Origin: Bdellovibrionota bacterium
Lineage (GTDB): Bacteria > Bdellovibrionota_C > UBA2361 > OMII01
Direction: 5' to 3'
Assembly: GCA_044345405.1 (NCBI GenBank)
Contig: JBIJBE010000083.1
Span: 1-15,114, forward strand
Length of the DNA: 15,114 nucleotides
Positions within the stretch are counted from its first letter, which is position 1. Each line of letters begins with the position of its first letter. Positions 1-8,300 of this stretch are shown here, one piece after another. Under the pieces are notes generated by a model. That model was not told where the DNA came from, did not search any database, and was given only the letters and a program-made list of their open reading frames with translations. A program made the position numbers and the translations under genes.

Positions 1-1
1 G

Positions 2-3000
2 ACTACACCAACTGAGACTCCACCCGCGACACCGACAACGACCCCGACGGAGACACCAACAACGACTCCAACAGAGACGCCGACCACGACGCCAACTGAG
101 ACGCCAACGACCACCCCAACTGAGACGCCGACGACCACACCGACCGAAACACCGACAACGACCCCGACGGAAACGCCGACGACGACGCCAACTGAGACTC
201 CGACAACGACACCGACCCAGACGCCTACTGAGACCCCGACAACTACACCGACGGAGACGCCGACAAGCACTCCAACCGAAACGCCGACAACGACTCCAAC
301 TGAGACGCCGACGACCACACCTACCGAAACACCGACGGCGACGCCAACGGAGACACCGACAACGACTCCTACCGAGACGCCGACAACGACTCCAACCGAA
401 ACGCCGACGACAACGCCAACCGAGACGCCGACAACGACCCCGACAGAGACGCCGACGGCGACGCCAACGGAAACGCCGACAACGACGCCAACGGAGACGC
501 CGACCACTACGCCTACCGAGACGCCGACGACCACACCGACCGCTACGCCAACGGAAACGCCGACAACGACTCCTACCGAGACGCCGACAACCACTCCAAC
601 CGAAACACCGACAACGACTCCTACCGAGACGCCGACAACCACACCTACGGAAACGCCGACCACGACGCCAACCGAGACGCCGACAACAACGCCAACAGAA
701 ACGCCAACCACGACGCCAACCGAGACGCCAACTACAACGCCAACTGAGACTCCAACCCAGACTCCAACGACTACACCTACAGAGACGCCGACCACAACGC
801 CGACCGAAACGCCGACAACTACGCCAACCGAAACGCCGACAACGACACCTACGGAAACGCCGACCACGACGCCAACAGAGACGCCGACGACAACGCCAAC
901 CGAAACTCCAACCACGACGCCAACTCAGACGCCGACGACGACGCCGACCGAGACGCCAACTGAGACGCCGACAACTACACCGACAGAGACGCCGACGACA
1001 ACGCCGACAGAGACACCAACAACGACGCCTACCGAGACGCCGACAACCACACCGACAGAGACGCCAACGTCCACGCCAACATAAACGCCGACAAATACGC
1101 ATACTGAAACGCCAACCACTACGCCGACGGAGACGCCGACCACGACGCCAACAGAGACGCCGACAACGACACCAACTGAGACGCCGACTCAGACGCCAAC
1201 AGAAACGCCGACGACCACACCAACGGAAACGCCGACCACGACCCCAACCGAGACGCCGACGACGACACCAACTGAGACTCCAACAGAGACTCCGACAACG
1301 ACGCCTACAGAGACGCCGACGACAACGCCAACCGAAACACCGACGACGACGCCAACTGAGACGCCGACAACGACACCTACGGAGACACCGACTCAGACGC
1401 CAACAGAAACGCCGACGACCACACCTACGGAAACGCCGACCACGACGCCAACCGAGACGCCGACAACGACTCCAACTGAGACGTCAACGGAGACTCCGAC
1501 CACGACGCCTACCGAGACGCCGACGACAACGCCAACCGAAACACCGACGACGACGCCAACCGAGACGCCGACAACGACACCTACCGAGACACCGACCACA
1601 ACGCCTACTGAGACGCCAACCACGACGCCAACCGAGACGCCGACCACGACGCCTACAGAGACGCCGACCACGACGCCAACTGAGACTCCAACGGAGACTC
1701 CAACCACCACACCTACAGAAACGCCGACGACGACGCCAACCGAAACACCGACCACGACACCGACCGAGACGCCGACGACAACACCTACGGAGACGCCGAC
1801 AACAACGCCGACAGAGACGCCAACGACGACGCCGACCGAGACGCCGACAACGACACCGACTGAAACGCCAACGGCGACACCAACTGAGACGCCAACTGAG
1901 ACGCCTACGACAACGCCTACAGAGACGCCAACAACGACGCCAACCGAAACGCCGACAACAACGCCAACTGAGACGCCAACGGAAACACCGACAACGACTC
2001 CAACTGAGACGCCGACGACGACGCCAACCGAGACGCCGACGACGACGCCAACCGAAACCGCGACCTCAACGCCGACTGAGACGCCAACCACAACGCCGAC
2101 GGAAACGCCGACGACGACGCCAACTGAGACACCGACAACGACGCCGACTGAAACGCCGACGATGACGCCAACTGAGACGCCAACGGAGACTCCAACCACC
2201 ACACCTACAGAGACACCGACCACGACGCCAACTGAGACGCCGACAACGACGCCGACGGAAACCCCGACCGCCACGCCAACTGAGACGCCAACCACGACAC
2301 CAACGGAAACGCCGACAACGACTCCGACCGAGACGCCGACGACGACCCCAACTGAAACGCCGACAATGACGCCTACCGAGACGGCGACAACAACACCTAC
2401 CGAAACACCGACAACAACGCCGACTGAAACGCCGACGACGACGCCAACTGAGACGCCGACAACAACACCTACTGAGACACCGACGACGACACCAACCGCG
2501 ACTAGCACGGAGACGCCAACAACGACTCCAACTGAGACGCCGACAACGACGCCGACAACAACTCCAACCGAAACACCTACAACTACCCCAACCCTGACGG
2601 CGACGAATACTCCAACTGAAACTCCGACGACGACGCCGAGCGAGACGGCTACAGCCACACCGACGGAGACGGCGACAACGACGCCAACGGAGACCCCGAC
2701 CGCCACGCCGACTGAGACGCCAACCACGACACCGACTGAGACGGCGACCACAACGCCTACCGAAACTCCGACGGTCACTCCTACCGAGACGGCTACTCAG
2801 ACCGCCACGACAACGGCCACTGAGACCGCTACCGCGACGCCGACTGAAACGCCAACCGAGACACCGACGACGACACCAACAGAGACCCCAACGAATACCC
2901 CAACGGAAACGGCGACCACCACACCGACCGAGACCGCGACCTCGACTCCAACAGAGACGGCGACCGCTACGCATACTGAAACATCGACGGCGACTCCGAC

Positions 3001-4087
3001 GGAAACTCCGACAACGACACCAACTGAAACCGCGACGATGACGCCTACGGAGACGGCAACGGTAACTCCAACCGAGACTCCGACTACGACACCAACCGAA
3101 ACGCCAACGACTACCCCAACAGAGACGCCAACGAGCACGCCAACGGAAACACCTACAGAGACCGCGACGAGTACCGGAACGGCAACTCCGACAGAGACCG
3201 CGACCGAGACAGCGACGGTGACCCCAACGGAGACTCCAACGTCGACGCCAACTGAGACCGCGACCGCCACCGCCACGGAAACGCCGACACATACACCGAC
3301 GGAGACCTCAACGAGTACACCAACTGAAACAGCGACGGTAACACCAACTGAGACCGCGTCGATGACGCCAACCGAGACCCCAACCGCGACGCCAACCGAG
3401 ACGGCGACTCAGACGGCTACCGAGACAGCTACTGAGACACCCACCGAGACGCCGACTGAAACCGCGACGGCAACATCGACGCATACGCCTACGACTACTC
3501 CTACGGAAACACCAACCGAGACCGCGACGACGACGCCAACGCCAACGGCGACTGAAACCGCGACAGAGACACCAACGCAAACCCCAACGGAGACCGCGAC
3601 CGCGACACCGACAGAGACAGCTACGGCTTCACCGACCGCTACCGCGACTGAGACAGCGACAGCGACCGCGACCGAAACCGCGACGATGACACCGACTGAG
3701 ACGGCAACGGCCACACCGACCGAGACGGCGACAACAACGCCAACAACAACGCCGACTCACACACCGACCGAGACCTCAACCTCGACCGCAACACCGACCG
3801 TCACGCCTACAACGACGCCAACCCAGACGCCGACCGAGACCGCGACGCAAACAGCCACCGCCACGGCGACAAGTACGCCAACGGAGACGCCAACGAGCAC
3901 ACCAACCGCGACCGCGACGCAGACCGCGACGCACACCTCAACAAGTTCACCGACGGTAACACCAACGCCGACAGAGACCGCGACAGCAACCGTAACACCG
4001 ACGATGACCAATACCCCAACCGTAACGAACACCCCAACGGTGACCAACACCGCGACCGTTACCCCAACAGCTACTCCAACGCCGCCG
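2..4087 (+). repeat. Coding tandem repeat, 24-bp / 8-aa unit PTETPTTT (12-bp PT-x-T sub-unit); near-pure to ~2480, then Ala/Ser/Val/Asn-degenerate (PTETATAT-like)
   Basis: Direct translation of frame 2. DNA units follow CCN ACN GAR ACN CCN ACN ACN ACN with variable third positions. Confidence 0.97.
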
Positions 4088-5038
4088 GTCAATGATGTGA
4101 CCTTCAAGCTCTCGATCCTCAATACACCGATAGCCGGGGCGCCGGTGCAAGTTAACGCTGAGACGAAGATCACGGATAGTGAAGGAGAGTTCGTCGCCTC
4201 GCTTGATAACGCAACCCTCTACACCATCTCAACGGGACTTGCGGCGGTCTCCTTCGATCCGATACTTGAGACGGGCGCGGCGCTCACCGCTCGAAGCCCA
4301 GTAACGATTGAAGCTCAACGGCTCATCACACCGGCTGAGGACCCATGTCGAATCCTCATCAACGGTGTGCCGCACGTCTACTTCTCATCGAATAACGTGA
4401 CCGACCAAGCGCTCACCGTGCCACTTGCCTACACATCCCTTAACCAGATGTTGTCGGTGACGGGTCAAGCGACCCCAGCGGAGAACTTCGCTCCGGGCAC
4501 CTCAGGATTCTCTCTGCCAGAGTCGTACTTCACCTCCGGAACAACGCTCATGGGTGTTTGGAAGTTCCTCGGACTTGATGTGACGATTACTCCAGATCTT
4601 CAGGTCTGCGCTGATAGAGGAGTACCGGGGCAGTGTGAGGCGATCGATCCAACCGTTCTCAGAAGTCCATTCGAATATACGCGATCGACGATTCTCAAAC
4701 TCACCAACCTATCCTTGGCCGCGGCTCGCTCCGGTAAGTGGAGAGGAACCAACGGTCGATACAGTGTGCCATTCATGTCTCGCGGCGCTAAAGCGTTGGC
4801 GTACATGGAACAGGTCTTCCGAAGTAGCAATGGACAAAACTTCAGCTGTGAAGTGGTTCCGATGTCCTGCTCTGTGCAACGAGTACCGAAGAAGGAGCTC
4901 GCTAAATCGTTCGCGAAGATATTCGAGGGACGTGTACCGAGAGGACTCGAGGATGTCACGCGCAGGTCCAAGAAAGAGATCGCCGCGTTCGAGCGATTGA
5001 TGCGTAAGGTTCCAAACACCTACGTGAAGTGTGACTAA
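2..5038 (+). CDS. Giant Thr/Pro-rich (mucin-like) surface or secreted protein, 5'-partial; PTETPTTT stalk plus Cys-containing C-terminal module; one in-frame TAA at 1082-1084 (sequencing error or pseudogenising mutation)
   Basis: Frame 2 reads T-T-P-T-E-T-P... from base 2 in the same register as the supplied 2162..5038 ORF. The ATG at 2162 is an internal Met within the repeat (PTMTP), so the true start lies left of the window. The only interruption seen is TAA at 1082-1084, where the repeat expects GAA/GAG. The gene ends at TAA 5036-5038 after ...PNTYVKCD. Confidence 0.88.
4088..5035 (+). other. C-terminal non-repetitive module of gene 1 (~315 aa): prealbumin/carboxypeptidase-regulatory-like beta-sandwich, a second probable beta-sandwich bracketed by Cys, and a basic probably helical tail ending KCD
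   Basis: [10 protein letters not shown]...[14 protein letters not shown]...LYTIST fits the P-x-x-G-A-x-V...T-D-x-x-G-x-F pattern of carboxypeptidase-regulatory-like (transthyretin-fold) domains. Six Cys codons lie at 4346, 4607, 4634, 4847, 4868 and 5030. By manual count the last 134 aa carry 25 K/R against 12 D/E. Confidence 0.6.
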
Positions 5039-5121
5039 AGCTCCCATTTTTTCTCGCACCGCAGCGATCCCCGTGATTGTTACCGAAGCATTGTTTAAGT
5101 CGTTTAAAGCAAGGTCGTGAC

Positions 5122-5159
5122 GGAATCCGCTACGCAAACCGAGTGCGAAAGGGGATTCC
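5122..5159. other. Intergenic inverted repeat / potential stem-loop
   Basis: GGAATCC (5122-5128) is the exact reverse complement of GGATTCC (5153-5159). Inner CGCA (5133-5136) can pair with TGCG (5144-5147). No U-tract follows, so it is not a canonical intrinsic terminator. Confidence 0.4.
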
Positions 5160-5165
5160 TCAAAG

Positions 5166-5187
5166 ATCTTGGTACATCTTTGGTACA
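5166..5187. promoter_or_regulatory. Direct repeat TTGGTACA x2 at 11-bp spacing; possible transcription-factor site upstream of gene 2
   Basis: TTGGTACA at 5169-5176 and 5180-5187, one helical turn apart, in the AT-richer intergenic region about 130 bp upstream of gene 2. Confidence 0.35.
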
Positions 5188-5314
5188 AATTCGTAGAGGG
5201 TAACTCATCGAAGTTCCCGGCTATTTTTCAGCCTCAAAAAACACTTTTGGGTTTGGCGCTATTTTGCTCAGAAACCCGCAGACTTTGCCCGCTTAGAACG
5301 ATCTCAACCTATGG

Positions 5315-8300
5315 ATGAATTGCGCAAACTGGCCCCTAGGGCCACCCGAACCAGTTGCCTTGAGAACTGGCGGACTCGTCCAAAGATCAAGGCATTACCT
5401 CCTCGCGATCGCGTTGATGGGGGTAGTGTATCTACTGTTCGACCCTCACCCCGTTTTTTCTTCAACCAAGAATGAGTTGCGAGCTACGAGTGTATCGGTT
5501 GATCAACGACCGAATACGCACGGCTACGCGGCAACATCGCTGGGGGTGCATTATCATCCCGGCGATGCACCGAGCGATACACCGAGCGATGCGAAGCGCA
5601 TAGCGGAGCAGGGAACAACCTTTGCTGATTGGGAGCAAAGCGCCGGCGTCGGTGCCGTGTTGTTCGGACTCCTCTCTTGGTTCGTGGTAGCGCTTCGTCG
5701 TGTTCCGCGAGCGAAGAACAGCTCTCTTGCATCCACGGCATCTTATCGCGCCGTCAACGTGGCAGCGCTACTCGTGTACCTCGTATCGTTATGCGCGCTC
5801 CTCGCTCCGCAAACCGTTAACGCGCAGTCTGTTGTTGGAGCTTCAACGTCAACGAGCTCTACGACCTCTGGGGGAAGAAAAACGTTCTTCGACTCTGGTT
5901 CAGCTAATCACTGGGTCTTTTGGTACACAGGTTCACAGATCGATTACGCCTCGTCGTCTGACGCTTCAACGTGGACGACACGCGGAAACCTTGCGTACAA
6001 CACCGCTAACTTCTCAGTCGCCTTTAAAGTTATCTCAGGAACCTCCTATGTGTTTCTCGTCTCTGAGGCGAATACACACGACGTAGTGATGAGGCGCGGA
6101 ACGATCTCGGGAACTACGATCACCTTTGATAGTGAAGTGACGGTGCTCGATGGGACGTCAGCGAGTGACAAATACATCCTCCCCTCAGTTGCGCTTGATA
6201 CGAACGATAAGGTGTGGACCGTAGCGTTTAAGGATTTAGGGGCTGTGGGAGATCGGTATCACGCCACAGCGAGGAGGACGACAAACGCAGGTTCTTCGAC
6301 CCTCACCTTTGATACCGCTAGTAGCTTTGGCAAGCCAGCGATATCTGCTTCGAGTATAGCCGCTGTTCCCCTCGCATCGGGCAAGATGCTCGCGGCCGTG
6401 TCAGGCGAGAGCGGGGTGAACACCATCGCGTATGAGTACGACGGGACGTCGTGGAGTAACGCGGGTGGTGGCGGTGATGTGGGTGCCATCCAGTTCGGTA
6501 CGTTTAATAGCACTGTGTACGCCGTCGCCCGTGATTCAAGCGGCAACCTCTATGCGGGGGGACTTTTCACCACAGCAGGAGGCACAACGGCTAACTACAT
6601 CGCCAAATGGAACGGCACCTCGTGGTCTGCGCTGGGGACGGGGATGGATAGCACAGTGAACGCCCTCACCATTGACGCAAGCGGCAACCTGTATGCGGGG
6701 GGAGCTTTCGCCACCGCAGGTGGCACAACGGTTAACTATATCGCCAAATGGAACGGTACCTCGTGGTCTGCGCTGGGGACGGGGATGGATAGCACAGTGA
6801 ACGCCCTCACCGTTGACGCAAGCGGCAACCTGTATGCGGGGGGAGCTTTCGCCGCCGCAGGTGGCACAACGGCTAACTACATCGCCAAATGGAACGGAAC
6901 CTCGTGGTCTGCGCTGGGGACGGGGATGGATAGCACAGTGAGCGCCCTCACCGTTGACGCAAGCGGCAACCTCTATGCGGGGGGAGAATTCACCACCGCA
7001 GGGGGTACATCGGCTGACCGCATCGCCAAATGGAACGGCACCTCGTGGTCTGCGCTGGGAACGGGGATCGATAACTCAGTGTACGCCCTCACCGTTGACG
7101 CTAGCGGCAACCTCTATGCTGGGGGATGGTTCGTCACCGCAGGTGGCACAACGGTTAACTTCATCGCCAAATGGAACGGTACCTCGTGGTCTGCGCTGGG
7201 GACGGGGATGGATCAGATAGTGTACGCCCTGACCGTTGACGCAAGCGGCAACCTCTATGCTGGGGGATGGTTCGCCACCGCAGGTGGCACAACGGCTTAC
7301 TACATCGCCAAATGGAACGGCACCTCGTGGGCTGCGCTTGGGACGGGGGTAGCTGGTATAGGTTACGCCCTCACCCTTGATTCAAGCTCCAATCTCTACG
7401 TGGGGTATGCAGACGGCCTCTCCTACACCCAACCCGTCGCCGTAAACAACCAACTCTCTGGCTCGGTAGGATCCCTCGTTTCAGGCCCAAGTAACGTGCC
7501 TTATCTTTTCTACATCGATGGCAACAACGATGTACAAATGAAGAGCTACTCAGGCTCTCCTGCATCGTGGAGCTCGGCAGCTACGGTCTACGCCGGAGCT
7601 GCATCGTCTCTTGGGGCCGGTTACTACTCCGTTACATCAAAGATGGTGAGCTGGTTTCTTGAGAGCGGAGCCATTAAGTACACTGAAGCGAGCAGCCCGT
7701 ATTCCTCGTGGTCATCTCCCACCACGGTAAGCTCGGCGAACTCTCCACAGTCGGTAGCTGTATCGCTATCGTCTGATGGTAATCCGCAGATCCTTGGTAC
7801 GTGGAACCGAAACGGTAGCTCGGCAGGCGAGGTTGTGAGTTCGCTGAGTGGACCTACCCCTACACCAACCGTTACCCCCACAGCGACCTCCACCAGTACT
7901 CCTACAGAGACTCCAACGATCACGCCAACTGGAACAGCTACAGAAACGGGAACCGCGACACCTACAGAGACACCGACTACGACGCCAACCGAAACATCGA
8001 CGACAACACCTACGCAAACGGCGACCACGACACCTACGGAGACTCCGACCTCGACGCCTACCGTAACCGCAACGACCACGCCGACGGAGACTCCAACAAC
8101 GACGGCAACTCAAACACCGACAATCACGGCAACGGAGACCACAACGGTAACCCCGACCACGACTCCGACACAAACTCAAACGAGTACGCCGACAGCAACT
8201 CCCACACCCACCAATACGCACACACCCACATCAGTGACGACGGCTCAAGCGTTTGCGCATGGAGATGGAGACTACTCAGTCTTCGGTCCAACTCCGACCC

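Noticed and set aside
2162-5038. ORF-track start at ATG 2162 (958 aa)
   Set aside because: It is an internal Met in the repeat with no RBS or signal peptide, chosen only because it is the first start after the TAA at 1082.
5133-5170. c-di-GMP-I (GEMM) riboswitch-like words GCAAACC...GAAA...CAAAG
   Set aside because: The bases flanking GAAA do not form the required stem and no second hairpin of the motif is evident. An Infernal scan against Rfam would settle it.
5253-5268. Sigma-54-like promoter TTGGCGCTATTTTGCT
   Set aside because: It resembles TGGCAC-N5-TTGC, but GG and GC are separated by 9 nt rather than the strictly required 10.
5036-5314. Read-through fusion of genes 1 and 2, or TAA recoding, since both genes are in frame 2
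   Set aside because: Further in-frame stops lie in the intergenic region (e.g. TAG 5294-5296), gene 2 has its own export leader, and TAA serves as the normal stop of gene 1. Sharing a frame has a one-in-three chance.
5311-5475. 54-aa frame-1 ORF starting at the overlapping ATGGATG
   Set aside because: Short, with no RBS or recognisable features, and it overlaps the gene 2 leader out of frame; probably chance.
5562-5593. 12-bp mini tandem repeat GCGATRCACCGA (about 2.6 copies, encoding [10 protein letters not shown])
   Set aside because: Real but tiny and in frame; no evidence of function beyond a local slippage event.
4600-6086. Short alternative-frame ORFs (4600-5019, 4635-5000, 4709-5188, 5484-5741, 5554-5736, 5629-5820, 5700-6086)
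   Set aside because: They overlap the two long frame-2 genes and show no recognisable motifs.
6506-7351. 141-bp repeats as a CRISPR array or as diversity-generating retroelement VR/TR
   Set aside because: There are no unique spacers and the repeats are in-frame coding units. Some variable codons fit an NNC pattern but others differ at third positions (CTT/GCT/GAA/TGG; AGC/CAG), and no reverse transcriptase or non-coding template repeat is present in the window.
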